In this document: one piece after another, positions 1-8,437 of the stretch
How positions within the stretch are numbered: the stretch's first letter is position 1
Layout: the number at the start of each line of letters is the position of its first letter
DNA from: a virus
Length of the DNA stretch: 64,000 nt
Virus record (IMG/VR): IMGVR_UViG_3300035698_011365
Coordinates: 1-64,000 of that record
Direction: 5' to 3' (one strand)
Made by a program: the position numbers and the translations under genes
The notes under the pieces: generated by a model
Seen by the model: the letters and a program-made list of their open reading frames with translations, nothing else
Databases searched by the model: none
What the model was told of the DNA's origin: nothing

Positions 1-422
1 ATAACCTCATACTCATCTTCTGATATTGCTTTAACAAAAATGGATGGGTTGCGGCTAAGGCACTCCATAAAAGATGGTTCTAAGTTTAATTCTTTCGCCC
101 ATTCATTAACTAATTTTGAAAATCTATCTTCTAACTTTTTAATATTGTCCTTTTTATCTAAATTATTAAACCAGTCGTCGCCAAACTCCCCAACAACATC
201 ATAAGCACTATCTATCGCCTCTTCTACAAGACGGTTACCACAAGGGAAATAGTAAGATGCATTACGTTTTACAAAATTTGCGGAGTATATTTCTAAAGTA
301 CCGCCGACTTCAATTAGTTCTTGTGAAAAAGCAGTCTGATAAACTTCATCAATACCTTCAGTAGTAAAAATATCATCTTGATAACTATATAAAATTTCTT
401 CGCTCATTTTAACATTACTCAT
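1..422 (-). CDS. Hypothetical acidic phage protein, truncated at window edge
   Basis: Hand-translated ORF MSNVKMSEEILYSYQDDIFTTEG... with RBS GGAAAGGA; stays open to position 1. Confidence 0.7.
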   Translation of the reverse strand, partial: MSNVKMSEEILYSYQDDIFTTEGIDEVYQTAFSQELIEVGGTLEIYSANFVKRNASYYFPCGNRLVEEAIDSAYDVVGEFGDDWFNNLDKKDNIKKLEDRFSKLVNEWAKELNLEPSFMECLSRNPSIFVKAISEDEYEV

Positions 423-479
423 TTTTCAGTCCTTTCCAGTTATTAGGCATAGTAGTAGTTATTCTGAGATCAGCATCAC

Positions 480-701
480 TTATTGGCATGTTGATTTCTC
501 GAACATATTGTCAAAATCACCATCAACACTCCATTCAGCAGTCATAAGTATTGGCCATAGTGATGCTGCTGTAAGCAATGAATAAGTTTGTTCATCAGAC
601 AGTCTACCACACTGCTTATATACTGTTTCTACACCTTTACCGAAGTAGATAGATGTAAATACAAACCATAATATAAACCATGTAAATGTTATTTCTTTCA
701 T
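480..701 (-). CDS. Small membrane protein
   Basis: Two hydrophobic segments. Start reassigned to MKEIT at 701 (TAATG overlap with the upstream stop). Confidence 0.65.
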   Translation of the reverse strand: MKEITFTWFILWFVFTSIYFGKGVETVYKQCGRLSDEQTYSLLTAASLWPILMTAEWSVDGDFDNMFEKSTCQ

Positions 702-923
702 TAGTAGTCCTTTTCTTCGCAATATTTAATCCAGTGCTTTAACCAATCATCTCCATAAATCTTTTTATATAAGATCATTGTATTATATTTGTTATCGACT
801 CTGTCAAAAACAGTTTGTCTCTGTGCTCTTAATGAAGAGATCTGTAAGAAGAGGATCATCTATAACATCCATGATATCACTAACATCTGCACGAGTGAGT
901 TCGTCTTTTGTGATTATTGTCAT
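701..923 (-). pseudogene. Small gene with an apparent 1-nt frameshift near 827-832
   Basis: ATG at 923 with GAGGA RBS (MTIITKDELTRADVSD...). Restoring one A gives ...LFIKEHRDKLFLTES...HWIKYCEEKDY*, whose stop overlaps the next ATG. Confidence 0.5.
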
Positions 924-924
924 A

Positions 925-1359
925 TCAGAGTCCTCTGTAATAAGCGCAGGTGTTGTTGTCGAAAAAGTAAATGGTTAGGGTAAAAGGGCCGTTACATCTT
1001 GCTATAATTGAAGTAACAAGGTTACGCTCTATTATTTGATATTCTACTAATTCTTTTGATACCTCAAGACGAGCTTGAATAAGTGCAGTTACAGGACTAT
1101 CAGCATTAAGTGATATTGATCCACTTGTAGGAAATGTCTGTACGATACTGAGGTCAGTAAGAACACGTTCATATTCAGCATTGTGTATAGCTATTTTACC
1201 GGCTACCTGAGACAAGTCAGCTCGCTCCCATGAATGAAACATCCAAGATACGATAGTCATTGGTAGCCATAGAATTAGGAGGATAGCTGTAAGGGTTGCA
1301 AAAAAGAAGGTTAAAGGGCTAAGGATGCTCTGATAGAGCCATATTGAGATTGATTTCAT
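925..1359 (-). CDS. Membrane-anchored hypothetical protein
   Basis: 144-aa ORF with N-terminal TM helix; ATGA coupling to the upstream gene. Confidence 0.7.
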   Translation of the reverse strand: MKSISIWLYQSILSPLTFFFATLTAILLILWLPMTIVSWMFHSWERADLSQVAGKIAIHNAEYERVLTDLSIVQTFPTSGSISLNADSPVTALIQARLEVSKELVEYQIIERNLVTSIIARCNGPFTLTIYFFDNNTCAYYRGL

Positions 1360-1526
1360 GATGTACCTACCCTTTTAATTATTGCTTTACCGCAGCTCTT
1401 GCATCTTCTTTCCTGAGCTGTGACGATTGTTCTTTTTTCTAGTTCTTCACCTAGAAAACCGTGCTCCATGTTTTCTGGAGGATCATATTTCCAGTCATGA
1501 ATTCCAAGTCTACAAAGTAGTCTCAT
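1356..1526 (-). CDS. Small zinc-binding protein (DUF1660-like)
   Basis: Hand-translated 56 aa MRLLCRLGIHDWKY...RRCKSCGK with C-x4-H...CxxC pattern; AGGAG RBS. Confidence 0.7.
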   Translation of the reverse strand: MRLLCRLGIHDWKYDPPENMEHGFLGEELEKRTIVTAQERRCKSCGKAIIKRVGTS

Positions 1527-1557
1527 AGTGTATCTCCTGTTATATTATGAATAGGTT

Positions 1558-1624
1558 GAGTCAGTGAAGTCTTGGGGGGGAACTCCACTGACTCTATCTA
1601 CAGGGAATGGGGGAAAACCCTGTA
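1558..1624. promoter_or_regulatory. Two tandem hairpins with G-run (C-run on minus strand) loops
   Basis: GAGTCAGTG...CACTGACTC and TACAGGG...CCCTGTA inverted repeats in intergenic DNA. Confidence 0.5.
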
Positions 1625-1632
1625 AATTAGGA

Positions 1633-1983
1633 TTAAATATTTAATTCTTTATCAGTTAATTTGTTGATTCTCTTAAACCAATGCATGTTTATATAGAACT
1701 TTGGTTCTGCACCCTTGGGAATATCGAAAAGCTTTGTTTTCTTATTCCATTTACATAATGAATATTCTAGTATGCCTGCAGCAGTCTTATACTGAACATA
1801 CCATAATGGAAACCCTCTAGGAGTTTCGGTTACTGGATGCGTATTCTTATTTTTAGGCAAGTACTCAATCCATGGCTCATTAATTACACCCTTGAGTAGA
1901 TCTGCTGCATTGATTCTTGTACGTCCGTTATCACCATAGAGTATTACGGTGCCTCGGACTTTCTTTAACATTTTACTTAGCAT
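1633..1983 (-). CDS. Hypothetical basic protein
   Basis: 116-aa ORF, co-oriented with its neighbours. Confidence 0.65.
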   Translation of the reverse strand: MLSKMLKKVRGTVILYGDNGRTRINAADLLKGVINEPWIEYLPKNKNTHPVTETPRGFPLWYVQYKTAAGILEYSLCKWNKKTKLFDIPKGAEPKFYINMHWFKRINKLTDKELNI

Positions 1984-2182
1984 AATTATTCCCTAAATGT
2001 TTGTGAGTGGCTGTGAGGGAGTAAGCTCATCTTTTCGGTTTGCATTGCCTATCAGAATTTTGCTATCTCCCTCGGATCACCAGCCGGTTGATTAGAATTA
2101 GTTGCTGGTTTCATCACACAATACCAGCGGCTTGCTCGTTACCCTTACGCGTAGGGACTGTGATACGTGTCCGAGTCAGTGA

Positions 2183-2698
2183 TTAGAAAAATACGGCTCC
2201 ACCTACACTGAAGTAGCTGTTGGAGCTGAATTGATTAAATGTATAATCAGCATGAGTGAATGCTAATGTTAATTTGGTGTTGTCTGTCGGCATTATGGCG
2301 CCTACGAGTGAGAATTCCTTCACACCGCCGCCTACTGAGCCTGCAAGAGCTATACCGCCCTTGTGGAGCATTCCTGAGCCAATCGCTAAAGACATACCTG
2401 TAGCAGGCATTGTCCATCCACGATCACCTCTATCGCCTTTAAAGCCACGATCACCTTTGATACTGAGTCCATCAAGGCCGTCAATACCGTCATTTCCGGG
2501 GTCACCCTTAATTCCGATACCTGGATCACCTTTCATGCCTTTGGCACCGGTGGCTCCTGTATCGCCTGTATCTCCCTTGTCACCTTTAAAGATGTCAAGG
2601 TAATTACAACCTCCCCAGCAAGTAGCGTTAGCCATTTGAGGGATAGCGAACATCGTAATCATTGAGAGGGCAATAATAATTATTTTACGTTTTAACAT
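2183..2698 (-). CDS. Secreted collagen-repeat protein with YadA-like C-terminal anchor (putative trimeric autotransporter)
   Basis: Signal peptide ending ANA; Gly-X-Y repeats; helix followed by amphipathic beta-strands ending in terminal Phe (YFSVGGAVFF). Confidence 0.65.
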   Translation of the reverse strand: MLKRKIIIIALSMITMFAIPQMANATCWGGCNYLDIFKGDKGDTGDTGATGAKGMKGDPGIGIKGDPGNDGIDGLDGLSIKGDRGFKGDRGDRGWTMPATGMSLAIGSGMLHKGGIALAGSVGGGVKEFSLVGAIMPTDNTKLTLAFTHADYTFNQFSSNSYFSVGGAVFF

Positions 2699-2809
2699 AT
2701 TTCTTTCCTTTTTTTGAAATTAGCTAGTAGTCTCTCCTACAAGTCTCGCACACATTTTGTTCGAGGACATTCTTATAAAACAAGAGTCTCTCTTTGTCAC
2801 GGGGTACGT

Positions 2810-3109
2810 TTACGACAAATTCTTATTATATTTGTGATAGAAATCTTTGATAGCCTCTACTCTTAGTAGAATAGCTATAATGGCTATTTTAAGATCTGGA
2901 TTCATTTCTCTGATCCAAACAGTATCTCTAGAACTAGCTCTAAGAGACGTTTTAGGAGTAACATTGTGAATAGTGAGTTTAGCCTCATACGTAGTGTCAT
3001 TAGCTTCAATTTCTAATTGGCCGTGCTCTTTAGCTTTATCTATTATATCTTCAAGGGTTCTGTTTTCAAGTGGGGCAATGATGTTCTCCATTTTAGTTTT
3101 GAGAGACAT
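2810..3109 (-). CDS. Hypothetical protein
   Basis: 99-aa ORF with AAGGA RBS, just downstream of the hairpin at 3136. Confidence 0.7.
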   Translation of the reverse strand: MSLKTKMENIIAPLENRTLEDIIDKAKEHGQLEIEANDTTYEAKLTIHNVTPKTSLRASSRDTVWIREMNPDLKIAIIAILLRVEAIKDFYHKYNKNLS

Positions 3110-3118
3110 GTTTATTCC

Positions 3119-3280
3119 TTATTTGTTTGCAGCAGATGCCGGAGGCATGGCGACTAGGTTCAATCTTCTTTCCACATGGCTCTTTCTACACTCTTCTGTG
3201 CAGAACTTTTTTGTGTACCTGCGAGCAGTAGGCCCCTTGATGTGTACATATTTTTTTCCACATTCATTACAAGTTTTCAT
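3119..3280 (-). CDS. Small zinc-finger protein
   Basis: Likely start MKTCNECGKK, then KFCTEEC; ATGA overlap with the upstream gene. Confidence 0.7.
   Translation of the reverse strand: MKTCNECGKKYVHIKGPTARRYTKKFCTEECRKSHVERRLNLVAMPPASAANK
3136..3148 (-). promoter_or_regulatory. Class II triloop hairpin ATGCC-GGA-GGCAT (N4-type promoter or priming signal)
   Basis: Perfect stem with GGA loop on the + strand; the same core recurs at 4756, 9668, 43271 and 60140. Confidence 0.55.
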
Positions 3281-3462
3281 GTGAATGCCTCTGCGAAGAG
3301 CATCCAGAGCCCCATTACTACACCATAAGGAAAGAATACCAATCCAACTACTAGATGGCCCCATGCCTCAACTGAGGCGCTTATGAAGAGGAACCACAAA
3401 TAGCCAATAAATCCTATGATGGTTGAGCTAACACCCAACAAAGTAAGTAATGTATCCCTCAT
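3277..3462 (-). CDS. Small two-TM membrane protein
   Basis: 61-aa hydrophobic ORF coupled to its neighbours. Confidence 0.7.
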   Translation of the reverse strand: MRDTLLTLLGVSSTIIGFIGYLWFLFISASVEAWGHLVVGLVFFPYGVVMGLWMLFAEAFT

Positions 3463-3737
3463 GATATTGTTTCCTTTAATTTATCTTTTTCAATTTCTAG
3501 ATCTAATCCTATTAAAGCCATTTCAATTACATTAACTAGTTGTTGAGTATCTACATTACACATAATAGGCTCCCTTAAAAATCCTTTATTGTTTTTAAGG
3601 TCTTGTTTAAGATTATCCATACTAATTTTTAAATTATATCTAAATTTTTCGTTAGAGGTCATAGGTTTTTCCATATGCCACTCATCAACTGTTGGAGAAT
3701 TTAGTAAAGAGTTTGTTGTACCACATGTATTAGGCAT
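3459..3737 (-). CDS. Hypothetical protein
   Basis: 92 aa, ends EKDKLKETIS. Confidence 0.65.
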   Translation of the reverse strand: MPNTCGTTNSLLNSPTVDEWHMEKPMTSNEKFRYNLKISMDNLKQDLKNNKGFLREPIMCNVDTQQLVNVIEMALIGLDLEIEKDKLKETIS

Positions 3738-3975
3738 CTTTATTTATTCCTATTAGATTTTGTAATGTCAATCTTGCTTTTTCATGTTCTAGGCCTTTAA
3801 GAGCCCAGAATAGTAGAAGAGCTTGAGATGATGCAGATACCTTGATTTGACGGGATATAGTCATTACTTTTTCTTCATCTTTTGAATACTCTTCAACAAC
3901 TGTATGTCTTAATTTAAATATTCTTATTAGGCTATCTATCGCCTTGAGAGTAGTCTCATCATTGTTTTCAAACAT
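3730..3975 (-). CDS. Hypothetical protein
   Basis: 81 aa, ends KARLTLQNLIGINKDA. Confidence 0.65.
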   Translation of the reverse strand: MFENNDETTLKAIDSLIRIFKLRHTVVEEYSKDEEKVMTISRQIKVSASSQALLLFWALKGLEHEKARLTLQNLIGINKDA

Positions 3976-4059
3976 ATCACCCTAATTCCTCTGTAAGTAG
4001 CTTCAGGTGGCTGGCACAGCCACAAAGGAGCGCATTAAGAGGAATTAGGTATAATATCA

Positions 4060-4224
4060 TTACTGAGGCTTTCTTGGTCTTCCCGGGCTTGATTTAACCC
4101 AATGAGCTTGTGTGGTGTCGGGATTAGCGTCTGCGTATGCTTTTTTACACCATCTACCGGTGTCTGATCTGCGATAAGCTTTACGATGTAAAACTCCTCT
4201 GATCATCTTACGATGACTTGCCAT
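4060..4224 (-). CDS. Small basic protein with AT-hook-like tail (not in the ORF track)
   Basis: 54 aa MASHRKMIRGVLHRKAYRRSDTGRWCKKAYADANPDTTQAHWVKSSPGRPRKPQ; strong AAAGGAG RBS. Confidence 0.75.
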   Translation of the reverse strand: MASHRKMIRGVLHRKAYRRSDTGRWCKKAYADANPDTTQAHWVKSSPGRPRKPQ

Positions 4225-4350
4225 TATGGTTCTCCTTTAATTAAAATGGTGAACCATCTTACCATATTATCATTATATTTCTAGTTTATTAGCTGCTATG
4301 GCTTTTCTCAATGTCTCTTCGTTTTATTCCTTACTGCTTGTAATTATTTA

Positions 4351-4388
4351 GGGGGATGAAAGAGAATGAGTGTAAACTTTCATCCCCC
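4351..4388. promoter_or_regulatory. Intergenic hairpin (terminator or processing site)
   Basis: GGGGGATGAAAG...CTTTCATCCCCC 12-bp stem. Confidence 0.5.
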
Positions 4389-4420
4389 AAGGCAGAAAAC
4401 AGGAGAGTAAACTACCTTAA

Positions 4421-4660
4421 TTATTTTTTAGTGAATAAGACAGAATTCTCTTCTAGAGCTTCTTGCCTCATTAGTTGCTTTTTTATTTTGAAAGCGAATT
4501 CAAGCTTTTCAAGTATATTATCGTAACCGCTTAATGATTTGTTTTGAATCATCCTCTGCAGCTTACGCTCTTTAATTTTATCTATTAAGTTACCTAATGT
4601 ATGTAAGCTTAATTTAGGGAGAGAGCTAGTAAATGACTCACTTTCTTTTGAACCTGTCAT
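4421..4660 (-). CDS. Hypothetical protein
   Basis: 79-aa ORF with AGGAG RBS. Confidence 0.7.
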   Translation of the reverse strand: MTGSKESESFTSSLPKLSLHTLGNLIDKIKERKLQRMIQNKSLSGYDNILEKLEFAFKIKKQLMRQEALEENSVLFTKK

Positions 4661-4749
4661 CTTATAGGCTCCTTATGGTAAATACCTGTATCTTTTTGAA
4701 AGTTAGTTTATAGGTTTAGATGTTTTAAGTACTTCTGAAAAAATACTCC

Positions 4750-4771
4750 CCAAAATTGCCGGAGGCAATTT
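4750..4771 (-). promoter_or_regulatory. Class II hairpin with N4 vRNAP-promoter geometry
   Basis: CC-AAAA-TTGCC-GGA-GGCAA has the same spacing as the N4 P2 template CC-AAAA-GAAGC-GGA-GCTTC. Confidence 0.65.
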
Positions 4772-4792
4772 CAGAGAGCGAGTTTAGCGTTC

Positions 4793-5785
4793 TTAACTTA
4801 GAGCATATTCAGCACTTATCATTTGTTCTGGAAGTGTATGTGACATCTTCTTATGAATCAAGTTTGGTTCACATATTTCACGTAGTATATCCTGAAGGAG
4901 ATTGCTTTGTGCTATCTCAATTAGAGTATCTAAATAGTTCTGTCTTACTTGGTTCATATAATTAGGTGAAGCCCAGAATGAGTCATGTATCGATAACAAA
5001 GCAAAGCCAGCAATATGCGCTTTCCTTATTTGTTCCCTAACAACATATCCATCAATAGAATGAACTATGTTAGCAGCTAGAGATAGACCTGTAGGTGATG
5101 GTTCATTGATATACATTCTATGAGTGAATGTAGCATGATCCAATTCATCTATTTCAATCTTCTTATCAACACGCTGCATGACCGGTACTACGGCTCTGTG
5201 GCCATCTGGTAACGTCCATGAATGTCTATAAGCTTCAGGATCCCAGCATCCCTGCATATCTTCCATACATTCTAAAGCTCCCGGTAAGAGATAACCTATT
5301 ACTTCATAGAATAGCTCTAGAGCAGGTGTATCAACTCCAAAGACTTGCTTGGGTTGATTCTTAGAACCATAGAAAGTAGTCATCACAGGTGGTTTGACTA
5401 TTTCCTTACTGTATTCCTCTTCAGAGGCATTAGACATGATATCTGCTACTGCTTGATAGACATCTTCCCTAGTACCTGAGTTGATTAGGTTAACTGCTGC
5501 TGCAGTAGCCTCACAACCACTCAAGCAAGCCATTATCTGAAGGCCTGAAGCGGTGGCATCAAGTCCCATGATGAATCCTGTAGGAATCTTAGATTCAGCA
5601 CTCATACGGGCTCTGACGGCCTTCCTGAATAGGACTGGTTCTTTAGCATCATCTGATTGCTCATAGAGATCAATACATGATTGGGTAGAAGACCACTCAA
5701 GTCTTTTACTCCATGTTAGCTTATCAAAACCATATTGATTGGCTATATCTATATTTATATATTCTGTTCCAGTAAATTGTTGCAT
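4793..5785 (-). CDS. N4-like RNA polymerase II catalytic subunit (gp16-like)
   Basis: T7-type motif A GLDATASGLQI, motif B KPPVMTTFYGS, motif C LSIHDSF; start at MQQFTG after AGGAG. Confidence 0.95.
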   Translation of the reverse strand: MQQFTGTEYINIDIANQYGFDKLTWSKRLEWSSTQSCIDLYEQSDDAKEPVLFRKAVRARMSAESKIPTGFIMGLDATASGLQIMACLSGCEATAAAVNLINSGTREDVYQAVADIMSNASEEEYSKEIVKPPVMTTFYGSKNQPKQVFGVDTPALELFYEVIGYLLPGALECMEDMQGCWDPEAYRHSWTLPDGHRAVVPVMQRVDKKIEIDELDHATFTHRMYINEPSPTGLSLAANIVHSIDGYVVREQIRKAHIAGFALLSIHDSFWASPNYMNQVRQNYLDTLIEIAQSNLLQDILREICEPNLIHKKMSHTLPEQMISAEYALS

Positions 5786-5813
5786 AAGTTTTCTCCTGTT
5801 TATATGCATTAGG

Positions 5814-6026
5814 TTAAGTATTAATTAGTTTTTTAAGTATTTTCCGTTGTTTTTGTAGACTACCCCAATAGAATACAGCTAAGTTCATACCATCACTATG
5901 AGAGATTGTTGGATCTATAGCTTGAAGTGCGGTACCTAGTACTTTTAGTTTAACTCTTGGATTAAGAGCTATCTGTTTATGTAATTCTTCTATATGAGAT
6001 GTATTTAGCTTGAGATCCTTATTCAT
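5814..6026 (-). CDS. Hypothetical protein with C-terminal tag
   Basis: Ends QRKILKKLINT. Confidence 0.7.
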   Translation of the reverse strand: MNKDLKLNTSHIEELHKQIALNPRVKLKVLGTALQAIDPTISHSDGMNLAVFYWGSLQKQRKILKKLINT

Positions 6027-6292
6027 GCTTTAATTAGGCTTCTCAAGGTATGCTCTGCATATGCCTTGTCTACGTCGATAAGCAGTTCTCCAAGAGCAAG
6101 AGCGTCTTTTAGTTTAAGATGTATTGTAGCACTCTTCTCATCTTCATAGGCTTGAAGTATTATAGTATATTCTTGTTTCGTTTTAGATCGAGTTGAACTA
6201 TTATTTGGTTCTAATGTTAAATCCATATGATCATTAGCTTGTGCCTCACAGTTTGCTTCAAATACTATTAATTCTTTTGATGACGTTGACAT
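6023..6292 (-). CDS. Paralog-array protein 6
   Basis: C-x5-D-x-M motif, beta strands then helix, ends AEHTLRSLIKA. Confidence 0.75.
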   Translation of the reverse strand: MSTSSKELIVFEANCEAQANDHMDLTLEPNNSSTRSKTKQEYTIILQAYEDEKSATIHLKLKDALALGELLIDVDKAYAEHTLRSLIKA

Positions 6293-6295
6293 ATT

Positions 6296-6568
6296 CTATT
6301 CCTTGTCTTCTGTTATTAGTTTTTTAAGTTCATTTGAGGCATGTAATTGATGTAATGCATTTAAAGTTTCTCTGAGCCTATTAGAAGTATCTTTAGTAAG
6401 AGTAGCTGAAGTCTTTTCACCGCTTTCAGTGACTTGTATGTTTATTAAGAATCCAGTAGATTTATCCTCTATTACATCTATTTTTATTGAATCTCTCTTT
6501 CTTGTTGAGCAGAGAGAGGTAAATATCCCAGTCCATGCGTCTGTAATTCTTAATATACTCATAGGCAA
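6296..6568 (-). CDS. Paralog-array protein 5
   Basis: CSTRKRDSI motif, ends SNELKKLITEDKE. Confidence 0.75.
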   Translation of the reverse strand: MPMSILRITDAWTGIFTSLCSTRKRDSIKIDVIEDKSTGFLINIQVTESGEKTSATLTKDTSNRLRETLNALHQLHASNELKKLITEDKE

Positions 6569-7083
6569 TCCACATCACCTGAAGAATTCCTAAATGAGGT
6601 AGACATAATCTCTGAATAGTAACCATTAGAACTGCCATGCCACCTTAAGACAGCATAGTTCTTAGCAGTAGCTATTCTGTAGAAAGTCCATGTATTAGAT
6701 TCATCATCATATACTTGGTCAGGGTCTGCTACATCCTCAACAGGCTCAATGAGTTTCTTGAGCTCCAGCTTTCTAAGCTCTATTGAATTTACTAGAGGAT
6801 TTACTGGAGGATCTATATCATGATAAGAATTTGATGCCTCATCAAATTGTATGATAGGATCTCCTACAAGACCTTGTAAGCTTCCATTAATGTCTGATAG
6901 GTACACATGCTCACAACAGTCTTGAGTGTGGTACATTTCTAGTCTTGAACCATCACTAAATACAAATGCAAGTGAGCTTGCATTCATGTAGGTATTAGGG
7001 CTATTAGTAGCCTCGTCATAATCATAGTCTTTGATTATCTCAACTAATACTTTATTGAGTATTTTATTTGTTATTTCTTTCAT
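6559..7083 (-). CDS. Conserved phage hypothetical protein (QDCCE...TWTFY...SNGYYS family)
   Basis: Widespread phage motif set, with an internal extra segment containing LELKKLI. Confidence 0.8.
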   Translation of the reverse strand: MKEITNKILNKVLVEIIKDYDYDEATNSPNTYMNASSLAFVFSDGSRLEMYHTQDCCEHVYLSDINGSLQGLVGDPIIQFDEASNSYHDIDPPVNPLVNSIELRKLELKKLIEPVEDVADPDQVYDDESNTWTFYRIATAKNYAVLRWHGSSNGYYSEIMSTSFRNSSGDVDCL

Positions 7084-7084
7084 A

Positions 7085-7336
7085 TTAATCTCCTGTTATT
7101 GGTGGATCTATTAAGTCTTTAAGTTTTTGTCTTTTTATACATTCAGCTTGTTCTAGAAGTATTGCAGCTAATTCACGAACTTCCTCTATATTTAAAAATA
7201 CAGAGTCATTTGCTGAATGTAATGATAGTTCTATAGCTAATGGAGCTCCTCCATCATCATTAAGAGCATAGTAAATTTTCCCACTGGATTCTTTGACTTT
7301 AAAAGTATGCTTTTCAAAGCGATCTTCTTTACTCAT
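7085..7336 (-). CDS. Paralog-array protein 4
   Basis: VFLNIEEVRELAAIL helix, ends KRQKLKDLIDPP. Confidence 0.75.
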   Translation of the reverse strand: MSKEDRFEKHTFKVKESSGKIYYALNDDGGAPLAIELSLHSANDSVFLNIEEVRELAAILLEQAECIKRQKLKDLIDPPITGD

Positions 7337-7341
7337 GTAAA

Positions 7342-7602
7342 TTACTCAGCATCACTGGGTTTAATCATCTTAAGAAGTTCATGCTTAGTCATATGATGTA
7401 GTGCAGAATCAATGTATTCTCTTAATTCTAATAGCTCTTCTTTGCCTACTATTACTACAGGCTCTTTTCCACTGTGTATATCAAGTCTGAAGAATACTTT
7501 ATTGTCTGAATTATAAGATACTTCAAGGGTATCTTCGTCATCCCTAATACATGATAGCTTAAATAATTTACTAAAGCGTTCGTCATTATTTTGTGCAGTC
7601 AT
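7342..7602 (-). CDS. Paralog-array protein 3
   Basis: CIRDDEDTLEVS motif, ends TKHELLKMIKP. Confidence 0.75.
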   Translation of the reverse strand: MTAQNNDERFSKLFKLSCIRDDEDTLEVSYNSDNKVFFRLDIHSGKEPVVIVGKEELLELREYIDSALHHMTKHELLKMIKPSDAE

Positions 7603-7847
7603 GGGTGTATCGCTCCTACTAAGTTATTATGTTGAATTGACCATGACTCCCATTCATGATTTGGATCAGGAATAAAGACCATTGTTACTCTTGTAACATC
7701 ATCAAAGTGTTTAATATCTGCATCTCTACCATAAAAAGAAGTATCATCTTCATGGATCTCATGTTTAACAATCCAACCACCAAATACCTTCATTCTTGAT
7801 ATAAGAGCATCATTCATAGGATAGAATTTATCAGCCAATAGAGTCAT
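7599..7847 (-). CDS. Conserved small phage protein
   Basis: RMKVFGGWIV...MVFIPDPNHEW motif common in phage hypothetical proteins. Confidence 0.75.
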   Translation of the reverse strand: MTLLADKFYPMNDALISRMKVFGGWIVKHEIHEDDTSFYGRDADIKHFDDVTRVTMVFIPDPNHEWESWSIQHNNLVGAIHP

Positions 7848-8137
7848 GTTAATTTACCTTCTAGTATGAGTTTAAGTCTATGTTTTTTATAGCTTTCAAT
7901 ATAGTCTGCAAGATTGTTGGATAACTCTTCTAAAGTATCTAAGCTAAGGTTTGTTTGAGTCTCTATGTCTGTTATAATTCCAGCAATATGTCTGTCCCTA
8001 TTAGAGGCTCTTATGCTAAATTGGAAGTTACTACTTAAGTCGTGTTCTTCAGGAAGAGAGATACTCAAGGTATCTTCTTTTCTCTCACAACACTTTATCA
8101 AAAGAACATGTGCAAAGGATTCCCAGTTATCATTCAT
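7844..8137 (-). CDS. Paralog-array protein 2
   Basis: CCERKEDTLSIS motif, ends KKHRLKLILEG. Confidence 0.75.
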   Translation of the reverse strand: MNDNWESFAHVLLIKCCERKEDTLSISLPEEHDLSSNFQFSIRASNRDRHIAGIITDIETQTNLSLDTLEELSNNLADYIESYKKHRLKLILEGKLT

Positions 8138-8437
8138 GGTTCTAATACCATAAGTAACTTCATTTTTTTGCGTTCATCTCTTATAAGTATAAGCTTATTA
8201 ATCATTTCATCTACTTGATCAGCTGTAAGAAGTAAAGGAACATTGGCTGTGGTATTTATTCCTAGCCTCAAACTCTTTCATCCCGTTTCTTAAAGATGCT
8301 TCTTTGAAGTGAGAAGTAAGAAGATAAACAGCAGCTTCTGGTACTTCTGTTAAAATAGGAGGCGTAGTTGATAAAGTAAGACAGTCCTTATATTCTGTAG
8401 CACATGTAGCTATTTTATTATCTTCATATATATCCAT
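8134..8437 (-). pseudogene. Paralog-array protein 1, +1 frameshift near 8268-8275
   Basis: The +1 frame continues LRLGINTTANVPLLLTADQVDEMINKLILIRDERKKMKLLMVLEP*; its TGA overlaps the ATG at 8137. Confidence 0.65.

Noticed and set aside
3981-4049. Twister ribozyme or glycine riboswitch resemblance (UAAUGC...AGCC...CAGAG)
   Set aside because: The P2 pairing and pseudoknot complementarity could not be built, and the motif order does not fit glycine aptamers
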